This document shows positions 8,725 through 18,434 of a DNA stretch of 64,000 nucleotides, in pieces. Location of the stretch: positions 576,001 through 640,000 of the forward strand of contig OZ242318.1 of the NCBI GenBank assembly GCA_965208105.1, read 5' to 3'. The notes under the pieces are model-generated. The model ran no database searches, was not told where the DNA came from, and saw only the letters and a program-made list of their open reading frames with translations. How positions within the stretch are numbered: the first letter of the stretch is position 1; every line of letters begins with the position of its first letter. This stretch comes from Candidatus Latescibacterota bacterium (GTDB taxonomy: Bacteria; Latescibacterota; UBA2968; UBA8231). The translations under genes and the position numbers were made by a program.

Positions 8725-11235
8725 ATGGCGGCTCACGGCACCACCCGCGGCGGACCGGTTCCATTTCTGGAGGAATCGGGAGAAACGAGGCGCTGCTGCC
8801 GCGCTGCAGGCGCGGACACGGCAAAAAAAGCGCTCCTGGCGCCCGGCCTCCTCCTTCTGTTCATTCTCGTCCTCACCTGCGGCGTCCGGGCCCAGGACCA
8901 TCTCAAGCATACCCTCAGCGGCTACGTCGAGGACGCCGCCAGCGGCGAGAAGCTGATCGGGTCGGTCCTGCACGAACCCGACCTGCAGCAGGGCACCACC
9001 ACTAACCGCTACGGCTTTTTCAGCCTGACCTTGCCGGCCGGCGGGCTGCGGCTGGTGGTATCCCACATCGGCTACCGCAGCGACACCCTGGCGACCCGGC
9101 TCGACCGGGACCTGCAACTGACCGTCGCCCTCCACCCCGCTCCCGTGGAAATGGGAATAGTAACGGTGGAGGCCAAGCGCCACGACCCCATCCAGGAACA
9201 GAGCCGGATGAGCGTGGTGCAGGTGCCTGTGCGGCAGATCAAGAGCGCTCCCGTCCTCATGGGCGAGGTGGACGTGCTCAAGACCCTGCAACTGCTGCCC
9301 GGGGTTCAGTCCGGCACCGAGGGGATGAGCGGCCTCTACGTGCGCGGCGGCAGCCCGGACCAGAACCTGATCCTCCTCGACGACGCCCCGGTCTACAACG
9401 CCTCCCACCTCTTCGGGTTCTTCTCGGTATTCAACGCCAACGCCATCAAGAACGTGCAGCTCACCAAGGCCGGCTTCCCGGCCCGCTACGGCGGCCGTCT
9501 CTCGTCGGTGCTGGAGATCGACATGAAGGACGGCAACATGAAGGAGTTCGAGGCCGAGGGCTCGGTGGGACTGATCGCCTCCCAACTGACCGTGCAGGGG
9601 CCGCTGCGGAAGGACCGCACCTCCTTCATCCTCTCGGCGCGGCGCACCTACCTCGACGTGCTGGTCCGCCCCTTTCTGCCCGGCGACGAGAAGGGAGGCT
9701 ATCATTTCTACGACCTCAACGCCAAGCTCAACCACATCTTCTCCCCGAGCAGCCGCGTGTACCTGAGCCTGTACAGCGGCGACGACCGCTTCTGGACCGA
9801 TGTCGAGGATAAGTACGGCGCCGGAGCCTGGCGCGAGGAGGACAGCACCGAGGCGGACTTCGGCTGGGGCAACGTCACCTCCACCCTGCGCTGGAACTAC
9901 CTGTTCAGCAACCGGCTCTTCGCCAACCTCACGGCGATCTACAGCCGTTACCGGTTCTCAACCAACGTCGACCGGCGCACCCTCCAGGTCATCGAGGGGG
10001 AACGGGAGAACGAGACCCTGCGGCTGCGCTACCTGTCCGGCATCCGCGACTGGGGGTTGAAGCTCGACCTCGACTACATCCCCGACCCGGCCCACTACGT
10101 CCGCTTCGGGGGCAGCGGCACCCTGCACACCTACACCCCCGGGGCGGCGCAGATCAAGTTCGACCCCTTCGAGGGCGCCCCCGAGGACACCACCCTGGCC
10201 GCCCGGGAAACCGACGCCCTGGAGTACAGCCTCTACGCCGAGGACGACCTCCGCCTGAGCAGCCGCCTGAAGGCCAACCTCGGTCTGCACACCTCCGGCT
10301 TCCTCGTCGACGAGGAGTTCTACGCCTCCCTGCAGCCCCGGGTTTCGATGCGCTACCTGCTGACTCCGGACTGGGCCCTGAAGACCTCCTACGCCCAGAT
10401 GCGCCAGTACATCCACCTGCTCTCCAACAGCACCGTCGGCCTGCCCACCGACCTGTGGCTGCCGGCCACCGGACGGGTGCGCCCCCAGAGATCGCGGCAG
10501 GTGGGACTCGGCCTGGCGCGGCAGCTCGAGGAGCAGTACGAGCTCACCATCGAGGGATACTACAAGACCATGACCGAGCTGATCGAGTACCGGGAAGGGG
10601 CGACCTTTCTCGTCGGCTCCGGCGAGAGCGAGGACTGGCAGGACAAGGTGGCGACCGGGAAGGGATGGTCGTACGGGGTGGAGCTGTTCCTGCAGAAGAA
10701 GCGCGGCCGCACCAGCGGCTGGGCGGGGTACACCCTTTCCTGGACCCGGAGGCGTTTCGCGGAGCTCAACGAAGGGCGCACCTTTCCCTACCGCTACGAC
10801 CGCCGCCACGACCTCGCCGTCGTCCTCTCGCGGCAGCTCAGCGGGTCGACGAGCTTCTCCCTGACCTGGGTGTACGGAACCGGCAACGCCGCCACCCTTC
10901 CGGTGGCCAGGTACGACAGCGACGCTGGAGAGCGCGGGTCCGTCCGGTTGCCCCGGCACAACTACCTGCCGCATGAAACCGTGATCTACGGGGAACGCAA
11001 CGGCTACCGCATGGCGGCCTTCCACCACCTCGACTTCAGCGTCAACTTCGGCCTGGCCGACAGCGACCGGCACGGATTCAGCCTCGGGGTGTACAACTCC
11101 TACAACCGCAAGAACCCGTTCTTCATCTATTTCGAGGACCGCTACAACAGCAATACCGACGCCAGGCAGTTCCGCGCCAAGCAGGTGAGCCTCTTTCCCC
11201 TTCTTCCCTGGATCAACTACCGGTTCAAGTTTTGA
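8725..11235 (+). CDS. TonB-dependent receptor with N-terminal carboxypeptidase-regulatory-like domain
   Basis: TLSGYVEDAASGEKLIG, plug motifs LYVRGGSPDQNL and YGGRLSSV, C-terminal YRFKF. Start codon uncertain. Confidence 0.9.
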   Translation: MAAHGTTRGGPVPFLEESGETRRCCRAAGADTAKKALLAPGLLLLFILVLTCGVRAQDHLKHTLSGYVEDAASGEKLIGSVLHEPDLQQGTTTNRYGFFSLTLPAGGLRLVVSHIGYRSDTLATRLDRDLQLTVALHPAPVEMGIVTVEAKRHDPIQEQSRMSVVQVPVRQIKSAPVLMGEVDVLKTLQLLPGVQSGTEGMSGLYVRGGSPDQNLILLDDAPVYNASHLFGFFSVFNANAIKNVQLTKAGFPARYGGRLSSVLEIDMKDGNMKEFEAEGSVGLIASQLTVQGPLRKDRTSFILSARRTYLDVLVRPFLPGDEKGGYHFYDLNAKLNHIFSPSSRVYLSLYSGDDRFWTDVEDKYGAGAWREEDSTEADFGWGNVTSTLRWNYLFSNRLFANLTAIYSRYRFSTNVDRRTLQVIEGERENETLRLRYLSGIRDWGLKLDLDYIPDPAHYVRFGGSGTLHTYTPGAAQIKFDPFEGAPEDTTLAARETDALEYSLYAEDDLRLSSRLKANLGLHTSGFLVDEEFYASLQPRVSMRYLLTPDWALKTSYAQMRQYIHLLSNSTVGLPTDLWLPATGRVRPQRSRQVGLGLARQLEEQYELTIEGYYKTMTELIEYREGATFLVGSGESEDWQDKVATGKGWSYGVELFLQKKRGRTSGWAGYTLSWTRRRFAELNEGRTFPYRYDRRHDLAVVLSRQLSGSTSFSLTWVYGTGNAATLPVARYDSDAGERGSVRLPRHNYLPHETVIYGERNGYRMAAFHHLDFSVNFGLADSDRHGFSLGVYNSYNRKNPFFIYFEDRYNSNTDARQFRAKQVSLFPLLPWINYRFKF

Positions 11236-11252
11236 ATTCCCAGGCCCCCGCG

Positions 11253-12188
11253 ATGAAAGCCGCACTGCGCCTCTTTCCCTTCCTGACCGCCCTGTGCGCC
11301 TGCGAGCAGGTGATTGAGCCCGACCTGCCGGAGCATCCTCCCCGGCTGGTTCTGCAGGCCTTCTTCACCTCCGACGGAGCCTGGACCGCCCACGTCGCCC
11401 GCTCTTTCGGGATTCTCGAGCCGCAGTCCGTCCATGGAGGGTCGCTGGTCGACGATGCGGCGGTTGAGCTGCTGGCCGGAGACCGGGTCGTCGGCAAGCT
11501 CGAGTTCAACTACACGGTGGTGGCGTACGTGTTCGAAGGCGGCGCCCTGCAGGCGGGAGAAACCTACTCCCTGCGGGTAACGGCCCCCGGCTTCGAGACG
11601 GTCCGGGCCACCGACACCGTGCCCGGACCCGTGCCGACCTCCGTCCGCTTGTATCGCCCCCGTGCCTCCGCCGGCTCCGAGTCCGGGGCCGGCCGCGATC
11701 TCTCGATCGAGCTGGAGATTCAGGATCCCCCCGGGGAAGCGAACTACTACCAGATCAGCCTGTTTCGCGTTTACGAAGGAAGGGAGGAGGGCGAGGCCCG
11801 TGACTTCATCCCGGCATTCCGCCGGGAGGAGAATTTCTCGACCAAGGACCCCTCGATTCTGGCGGACAACAGCGTCGACGGATCGCCGTTCGAAGAGGGG
11901 GGCTTTGAGGGCAAGGCGCCGTATTTCAGGGATACCCTTTTCGACGGCAGCACCCACGAGATCGAGCTGTCCACCGACTTCGCCGGTGGCCCGGACTTTT
12001 CGGAGATCCGTCTCCAGGTTCTCTACATCAGCGAGGCCTACTACGAGTATCTCAAGACCGCCCGGCTCCACCATGACACCCTGGACAACCCGTTCGCCGA
12101 GCCGTTGAACGTGTACAGCAACGTGGAGAACGGGTACGGCATCTTCGCCGGGTACAGCTCGCAGACCTTCGAGCTCGCAGGCGAGTGA
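11253..12188 (+). CDS. DUF4249-like lipoprotein partner of the TonB receptor
   Basis: Lipobox LCAC, C-terminal NPFAEPLNVYSNVENGYGIFAG, directly downstream of the receptor. Confidence 0.75.
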   Translation: MKAALRLFPFLTALCACEQVIEPDLPEHPPRLVLQAFFTSDGAWTAHVARSFGILEPQSVHGGSLVDDAAVELLAGDRVVGKLEFNYTVVAYVFEGGALQAGETYSLRVTAPGFETVRATDTVPGPVPTSVRLYRPRASAGSESGAGRDLSIELEIQDPPGEANYYQISLFRVYEGREEGEARDFIPAFRREENFSTKDPSILADNSVDGSPFEEGGFEGKAPYFRDTLFDGSTHEIELSTDFAGGPDFSEIRLQVLYISEAYYEYLKTARLHHDTLDNPFAEPLNVYSNVENGYGIFAGYSSQTFELAGE

Positions 12189-12513
12189 GCCCGGGGACGG
12201 CGGTAGGGCCTTCGTAGGGAATTGTCGGCGGAATCCTGTGTCGCAACGCCTGCTTTGGGGCAATTCAGGCTGGCCATTGGCGATTCATCATTTTCTTGAC
12301 ACTCGACCCATAAAAGCGTATCTCTTCATATTATTCCCCGAATCTGCCAGATTCAGGCAGAGTGCTCTACACCATGTAGCGGCAGACGAAATGGATTTTT
12401 CCGAGGCAGTTCTTTCCACTGGTGGCGCGACTCCAGCGGCCGAGTATATCTCCGGTGATCGACACCGCAGGTTGGGGGCGCCGGACGCGACCAACTCACT
12501 CTAGGAGGGAGAA

Positions 12514-12846
12514 ATGGCACTCAGAATAATCATTGGCTTGATCGTTCTTGCAGCCATCATTCAGGGTTTGGCAGGTGACCCGATCGCAGGCGGCATCCTG
12601 ACCCTCGCCCTGGTCGTTCTGGGCCTGGTGTACGGGGCAATGGGTGTCGACGCTGAGGACGCCACGGCCTACCTGGTGGTCACCCTTGCGGCCGGAGGAG
12701 CCGCCAGTATGGGCGTGCTGGACCAGGAAATTCTCCAGGACGTCGGCGACCGTCTGGACGCCATTCTCGATCAGGCCGTCATCGCTCTGTTCGCCGGAGC
12801 CGTGACCATTCTGGTCAAGAGGGCCATCACCCGGCTGAAGGGTTGA
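12514..12846 (+). CDS. Small hydrophobic membrane protein (110 aa)
   Basis: AGGAGG RBS and 3-4 hydrophobic segments. Confidence 0.7.
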   Translation: MALRIIIGLIVLAAIIQGLAGDPIAGGILTLALVVLGLVYGAMGVDAEDATAYLVVTLAAGGAASMGVLDQEILQDVGDRLDAILDQAVIALFAGAVTILVKRAITRLKG

Positions 12847-12909
12847 TTGCACAGGCGGGTGTCCACCAGCAAGGTCAGGCCCGCCTGAACAATCCGCGAA
12901 CCAAGCATA

Positions 12910-12947
12910 GGCCGCGCTGCACTCGCCGGCGCGGGTGCAGCGCGGCC
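12910..12947. terminator. Strong GC hairpin between convergent genes (terminator or REP-like)
   Basis: GGCCGCGCTGCAC/GTGCAGCGCGGCC is a perfect 13-bp stem, extendable to 17 bp with one G-U. No U tail. Confidence 0.45.
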
Positions 12948-13033
12948 GCATATCCCGATCGAGGCCTGGGCCGGGATCGCTTCCCGCCATGGCCTCCGCC
13001 TCATTTACCACCCCACCCCACACCTTCCACCTT

Positions 13034-13172
13034 CCATTTTCCGCCGATCCATCCCGGCTCACGGCGTTGCCTTCACTTGCCGTACACCACTGGTACGACT
13101 CGCTCAGGCGCCTGGTGAGCCGGGCGCCTCGGCGGCCCAATTGCGTCAACCTATCTCTGCCACGGGACACTA
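13034..13172 (-). mobile_element. Family 1 element, copy B (one end missing, reverse orientation)
   Basis: Reverse complement of the first ~140 nt of copies A and C. Its terminal TAG is the stop of the MFS gene (13170-13172). Confidence 0.85.
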
Positions 13173-15461
13173 GCCGCGGTCGATGTCGCGGACCAGGGAT
13201 GAGAGACGATTCAGGCTGACGGCGAGAAAGATCTCCCGGGCCATGGGGGACGCTTCCCGGGCGGGGCTTTTGATGAAGTTGCCGATGGCGATGAGCACCA
13301 CGTAGGCGGAGAGCACGCCGTAGGCCTGGCCGCCGGTGGTGGAAAGTCCGTCGCGCACGGTGCCCACGACCTGGCGGACTGCCTCGATCATTTCTTCCTC
13401 CTTCTCCTCTTCATAGGCCGACACCACCTGCAGGCACTGGCCCTTCAGCCGGGCGCGGTAGGCAGGGTCGATGCAGCGCGCCGAGCCCAGGGCGTCGGCC
13501 GACCTGCGCAGCAGGCGGGCGATGGCGGCGACCCGGGCCGTATCTTCCCGTGAGAGGAGGCGATAGAACTGATCCCCGGCGCCCAGTGCTCTGCAAACCC
13601 CGTTGAGCAGCTGCAGGCGCACCGCGGGAGAGGAGAAATCGGCCAGGCGCACCAGGGTGGGCTTGACGATGCGGCGGTCCTGGCGCTCGCCGAGGACGTC
13701 CACCAGGGTCGGGAAGGTCAGGGGGTCGAAATCGCTCTCGAAGTGCCAGAAAAGGAGCTCGTGCACTTCGTCCCCACGCATTCCCGCGAGGCCGCGGATG
13801 GCGCTGATGCGGACGCGGGGATCGGCGTCGTTCAGGGCCTCCACCAGGGGGTCGATGCTGGTTGAAAAGCCCAGGCGGCCCAGGGCCTCGGCGGCTTCGC
13901 TGCGGATGTCCGAGGCCCCGTCGAGAAGTTCGCGCACCAGGGGTTCGGCGGCGCTTTCGGAGCGGCTCTCGCCCAGGGCGCGGGCGGCGCTGCGGCGCAC
14001 CCGGGGGCTGGCGTCGGCCAGGGCCTGGACCAGTTGCTCGATGGCGAGGGGATTGCCGGAGCGGCCCAGGGCCTCGGCGGCGCGCGCCCTGGTCCCCTCG
14101 CCGGTGGCCAGGCTGAAGATGGTGGTGTTGTAGGCGTAGCTGAGGATGTTTCCGCGCAGCATGCGCGCTAGCAGGCTGCGGGATGTGGCCTTTGGGGTGT
14201 CCTTGACGGTGCGCAGAATGAGCAGGGGGGCCAGGCGGGCAAGAGTGCTGAGGGCGAAGACCACCTGCAGCTTGCCCATGGATACCCCCAACACGGAAAA
14301 GCTCAGATCTTCCAGGTGGGCCACGATAAGGCCGCTCAGCAAGGGGCCGAGAGCACCCATCAGGTTGACCGTCACCGACCAGGCGGCCAGGTAGACGGTG
14401 CGCTTCTCGCCCCGGGGCAGCAGGCTGTAGAGCAGGGGGTTGACCCCCACCGCGATCCCGGAGAACAGAATGCCGCTGAGAATCAGGGCAACCGGGACCA
14501 GGTGATAGGCCCCGGGCTGGTTGAAGGCCCAGACACAGGGCAGGAAGGCCGCCGGCGCCATCAGGATCTGCAGTACCGGCCTGGCGCCGAAGCGGTCGAT
14601 AAGCCCTGCCCAGAACCGGTAGCCGGCGATGCTGGCCAGCATGAAAAGGGCGTTGAAGATCGAGATCTCGGTATAGGAGATGTGCAGGCGGTCGAGCATG
14701 AAGACACTGTAGAGGGGACCAGCCAGACCGAGGGCAAAGGTCCACAGGCCGTAGAACAGGGCGACGCGGCGGAATTTGGGATCGCGGAAGGGGTGCAACA
14801 GATCGCCCAGGCGCGTACCTTGCTCGTCGCTGGCGGCGGTCTGTCTGGGGAAGGGGGCCCGAAGCAGGCTGATGTACCCCATTAGCCCGAGAACGGAACC
14901 GGCGGCAAAGACCCAGACAAAGCCACCTGCACCTGGGAACAGGTCGAGGAACTGGCCGATGGCGAAACCGGCGGCCATGGCCACTATGGTGCTGACGATG
15001 GTCTGGCGGCTGGTGAAGCGGGCGCGAATATTCTCCGGGACCACGTTGGCGATCCAGGTATTGTAAACGGGGGAAACCAGGTAGCCGCTCAACAGGCTGA
15101 GGCCGACCATGGCCACCAGGGCCGCGAGCCGGTAGGGTTCCGGGACCAGGAAGGGTATGATCAGGGGCAGACCGCGGAAGCCGATCTCCACCAGGCCCCC
15201 GCCCACGACGAAGCGCTTCCTGTCCCCCATGCCGGCGCTCAGCATAGGTGCGAGCAACTGGCCCAGTGCCAGGAAGTAGGCGGCGGAGGTGAAGAGGGCG
15301 ATAAAGGCGCCGTCTGCGCCCATGTAGAGGGCGAAGCCGGTGAAGGCCGCAGTGCCAAGACCCACGGCCTGTCCCCATGCGCCCCAAAAGCCGGCGGCGA
15401 CGACGAAGGAGCGCAGAGCGCGATTCACCTGGCCGCGGGAGAGTTGCGCTACATAGTCCAT
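13170..15461 (-). CDS. MFS transporter fused to HEAT-repeat domain
   Basis: About 12 hydrophobic segments with GLIDRFG, followed by repeats such as RARAAEALG, RRSAARALG, RSEAAEALG and RISAIRGLA. Confidence 0.85.
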   Translation of the reverse strand: MDYVAQLSRGQVNRALRSFVVAAGFWGAWGQAVGLGTAAFTGFALYMGADGAFIALFTSAAYFLALGQLLAPMLSAGMGDRKRFVVGGGLVEIGFRGLPLIIPFLVPEPYRLAALVAMVGLSLLSGYLVSPVYNTWIANVVPENIRARFTSRQTIVSTIVAMAAGFAIGQFLDLFPGAGGFVWVFAAGSVLGLMGYISLLRAPFPRQTAASDEQGTRLGDLLHPFRDPKFRRVALFYGLWTFALGLAGPLYSVFMLDRLHISYTEISIFNALFMLASIAGYRFWAGLIDRFGARPVLQILMAPAAFLPCVWAFNQPGAYHLVPVALILSGILFSGIAVGVNPLLYSLLPRGEKRTVYLAAWSVTVNLMGALGPLLSGLIVAHLEDLSFSVLGVSMGKLQVVFALSTLARLAPLLILRTVKDTPKATSRSLLARMLRGNILSYAYNTTIFSLATGEGTRARAAEALGRSGNPLAIEQLVQALADASPRVRRSAARALGESRSESAAEPLVRELLDGASDIRSEAAEALGRLGFSTSIDPLVEALNDADPRVRISAIRGLAGMRGDEVHELLFWHFESDFDPLTFPTLVDVLGERQDRRIVKPTLVRLADFSSPAVRLQLLNGVCRALGAGDQFYRLLSREDTARVAAIARLLRRSADALGSARCIDPAYRARLKGQCLQVVSAYEEEKEEEMIEAVRQVVGTVRDGLSTTGGQAYGVLSAYVVLIAIGNFIKSPAREASPMAREIFLAVSLNRLSSLVRDIDRG

Positions 15462-15762
15462 GGTGGACAGAAAATATCGTCGCGGCCTGGATTAATGGCA
15501 AAGAACCACTCCCGGCGGATCCGGCCGATTCAACCGCCGCGAACCGGACCCTGGCCTGCGCCCGGCTTGAACCCGGGGGAACAAACCGCTTTATTTCCCA
15601 TTTCCGATCGGGGCCGCGCCGGCCTTGCTGCCGCGGATGATTGCCTCCTCAACAGGCCAGGGAACGGAATTGCCTGGACAACACCGGTCTCCGCGCTCGC
15701 GGAATTCCCAGTAGATCACCTGTATAACCTATTATGTCACAATCTGTTAAAGGATAAATTCA

Positions 15763-16650
15763 ATGACGCGGCTCAAGCTCCTCTGCACAGGGACCCCCGC
15801 TCCCCTTCCCCACCGCGGCGGCTCCAGCTACCTCGTCCAAACCGGGGACCAGACCCTGGTCTTCGACTGCGGTCCCGGCTCGGTGCGGCGCATGCTCGAG
15901 GCCGGCCTCTCCCTTCCCTCCATCGACCATCTCTTCCTCACCCACCTGCACTACGACCACTGCGTCGACTACGCCTACCTGGTGCTGACGCGCTGGGACC
16001 AGGGCAGGGGAAGAATTCCGGAGCTTCAGGTATGCGGCCCCGCGCCCCTGGAGCGCATGACCGCTCAGCTGTTCTCGCCCGACGGGGTCTTCGGTCCGGA
16101 CCTGGCTGCCCGCACCCAGCACCCTGGCAGCCACTTCGTCTACGAGGCCCGGGGCGGGGTGATGCCGCGCGAGTGGCCCGACCCGCAGGTGCGCCAGGTC
16201 GGCGGCGGCGACCGGGTCGAAACCGGGTCCTGGAGCGTGGAGGTGGCCGAGGTCGTCCACGTGCAACCCCAGCTCACCTGCCTGGCCTACCGGCTCAACA
16301 CCCCCGACGGAGCCATCGTCTTCAGCGGCGACACGGCCCCGGTGGAGAGCCTCACCCGCCTGTCGCGCGACGCCCGGGTGCTGCTCCACATGTGCCACTT
16401 CATCAACGGCGAGGCCACCGACGAGCGCCTGACCAGCTCCTGCTCCGGGCACGTCGACGCGGCCACCACGGCGCGGGACGCCGGAGTGCAGACCCTGGTG
16501 CTGGTTCACCTAACCGAGCAACTGGAGACACCCGGAGTGCGCGAACGCGTTCTGCACGAGGTGGGTGAAGTGTTCGACGGTCAGGTGATTCTCGGAGAGG
16601 ATCTGCTCGAGGTGCCCATGGGCAGGATCGCGGTGGAACCGGTGAGGTGA
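15763..16650 (+). CDS. MBL-fold hydrolase, RNase Z/AtsA-like
   Basis: GTPAP, FDCGPG, THLHYDH, FSGDT and LVLVH motifs. Confidence 0.85.
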   Translation: MTRLKLLCTGTPAPLPHRGGSSYLVQTGDQTLVFDCGPGSVRRMLEAGLSLPSIDHLFLTHLHYDHCVDYAYLVLTRWDQGRGRIPELQVCGPAPLERMTAQLFSPDGVFGPDLAARTQHPGSHFVYEARGGVMPREWPDPQVRQVGGGDRVETGSWSVEVAEVVHVQPQLTCLAYRLNTPDGAIVFSGDTAPVESLTRLSRDARVLLHMCHFINGEATDERLTSSCSGHVDAATTARDAGVQTLVLVHLTEQLETPGVRERVLHEVGEVFDGQVILGEDLLEVPMGRIAVEPVR

Positions 16651-16689
16651 GGGCAGGACACGGCCGCATACACCTGCCTTAGAGAATCA

Positions 16690-16708
16690 GGCTCCGGACT
16701 TCGGAGCC
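16690..16708 (+). terminator. Hairpin after MBL gene
   Basis: GGCTCCG-GACTT-CGGAGCC. No U tract. Confidence 0.3.
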
Positions 16709-16724
16709 GGGAGAGCCTCCCATC

Positions 16725-16752
16725 TTGACATAGGGCGCAATTCACGTATTTT
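16725..16752 (+). promoter_or_regulatory. Putative sigma70 promoter of ferritin
   Basis: TTGACA-16-TATTTT in an AT-rich patch. Confidence 0.45.
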
Positions 16753-16811
16753 TATATATTTACAACTTTAATGGCTTCCGGCCCGGATGTTTCAAAAAAG
16801 GGGATGCTCTC

Positions 16812-17336
16812 ATGCTCAACAACGAAATGCAGGACGCCCTCAACCAGCAGATCAACATCGAGTTCAACTCGGCCTATTCCTACCTCGCCCTGGCCGCCTA
16901 CTTCGAGGCCGTCCACCTGAAGGGGTTCGCGCACTGGATGCGGATTCACTACCTCGAGGAGCGCATGCACGCCAACAAGATCTTCGATTTCATCGTCGAC
17001 CGGGAAGGACGGGTCGAGCTTTTGGACCTCGCCAAGCCCCGCCTGGAATGGAGCTCTCCTCTGGAGGCCTTCGAGTGGGCCCTGGAGACTGAAGAGAGCA
17101 ACAGCGAGTCGATCTACAAGCTCGCCGAGCTCGCCATGGCAAAGCACGACTACGCCACCCATACCTTCATGCAGTGGTTCATCAGCGAACAGGTGGAGGA
17201 AGAGGCCATCGTCAACGACATGGTGGCCAAACTGCGCCTTGTGGGCGACAGCAACGCCGCCCTCTTCCTCATGGACCAGGAGCTGGGGCAGAGACCCATG
17301 CCCGAAGAGGCGGACCTCCAAGGCGATTCAGACTAG
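16812..17336 (+). CDS. ftnA: Non-heme ferritin
   Basis: LNQQINIE..S...Y, EERMHA and QWFISEQVEEE ferroxidase residues. Confidence 0.92.
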   Translation: MLNNEMQDALNQQINIEFNSAYSYLALAAYFEAVHLKGFAHWMRIHYLEERMHANKIFDFIVDREGRVELLDLAKPRLEWSSPLEAFEWALETEESNSESIYKLAELAMAKHDYATHTFMQWFISEQVEEEAIVNDMVAKLRLVGDSNAALFLMDQELGQRPMPEEADLQGDSD

Positions 17337-17476
17337 CGTTGAAGGAGGGGATGCCGGAGGAGAAGGTATTCCTGCAATTGACCCACCCCCATCTATTTGC
17401 CTTCACCCCCTGAGAAATATCTGCGCTGATGTAGAATTCCTGCACCCGTCCCCAGGGCATGATGCACCCCCACTCC

Positions 17477-18259
17477 TTACTTCCGAGGCGCATGCTCTTT
17501 CTTCAGGCCCGCCTCCACCAGGCGACTGTCCATCTCCTCGACCAGGGCACGGTAACGGTCACTGCGGAAATATGCACTTGCCCGCTCCATGCTCTGCAGG
17601 CCGGTTTTGTCCAGGTAGCGCATGGACCCCATGTAAGCTCCATCAGCCGACTCCTTGATTAGTTTGACAAAACGCCTTGGGCTGCAATAAAGTAGAGGGG
17701 AAAGTGAAGCCGTCACTTTAACTCCGGCCGCCCGCAGCCGTCGCATGGTCCTGAGGCGCAACTCGATGCGCGGTGCGTGGGGTTCCAGCTTGCGCCGCAC
17801 CCGGTCGTCGTCGGTGGGAACCGAGAAGCCCACGCGCAGGCGGTCTCCGAAGGCCTGCAGGAGCTCCAGGTCTTCCAGGATAAGGTGGCTGCGGGTGTGC
17901 ACGACAACGCTCTCGGGGTTGCTTTCCAGCAAAACCATCAGGCAGCGCCGGGTCAGGCGGTACTGGCGCTCGACGTACTGGTAGGGGTCGGTGGCGGAAC
18001 CCACGAAAATATTCCGGCCCCAGATTTTGGCGCGCACCTTGCCCAGGAGGAACGGTGCGTTGGTCTTGGGCCGCACCCAGGCCCCCCAGGGCAGGGGGTG
18101 CTCGACGGCGTAGGGATATTTCATGACGTAGCAGTAGGAGCACCCCATTCCGCAGCCGCCGTAGGGATTGAGGGTGTAGCTGGTGGCAGGTGGCCCGTCC
18201 TGGGCCATCAGCACTGACTTTGCCGGGCTCTCTTCGATGGTAAGTCTGGAATGTGCCAT
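17477..18259 (-). CDS. Radical SAM protein, spore photoproduct lyase-like family
   Basis: LNPYGGCGMGCSYCY (CxxxCxxC), SATDPYQ..E and LEP.AP...R motifs. Confidence 0.85.
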   Translation of the reverse strand: MAHSRLTIEESPAKSVLMAQDGPPATSYTLNPYGGCGMGCSYCYVMKYPYAVEHPLPWGAWVRPKTNAPFLLGKVRAKIWGRNIFVGSATDPYQYVERQYRLTRRCLMVLLESNPESVVVHTRSHLILEDLELLQAFGDRLRVGFSVPTDDDRVRRKLEPHAPRIELRLRTMRRLRAAGVKVTASLSPLLYCSPRRFVKLIKESADGAYMGSMRYLDKTGLQSMERASAYFRSDRYRALVEEMDSRLVEAGLKKEHAPRK

Positions 18260-18264
18260 CCTCC

Positions 18265-18293
18265 AATATACTGAACAAATTTATAGCTGTCAA
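18265..18293 (-). promoter_or_regulatory. Near-consensus sigma70 promoter, predicted leaderless transcript
   Basis: TTGACA-17-TATATT ending 5 nt before ATG 18259. Confidence 0.7.
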
Positions 18294-18434
18294 AGTCTGT
18301 ATTCCGAATCCAGCCATTGCCCACCCATGCCGATTTTCCTACCCAGCATCGGTCTAATATGGAAAGGCCGGCCCAGCCTTGGTACTGCAGCTGGACCGGC
18401 CTCGGTGATCGCGATTAAGCCATTCTCCCGCTGT

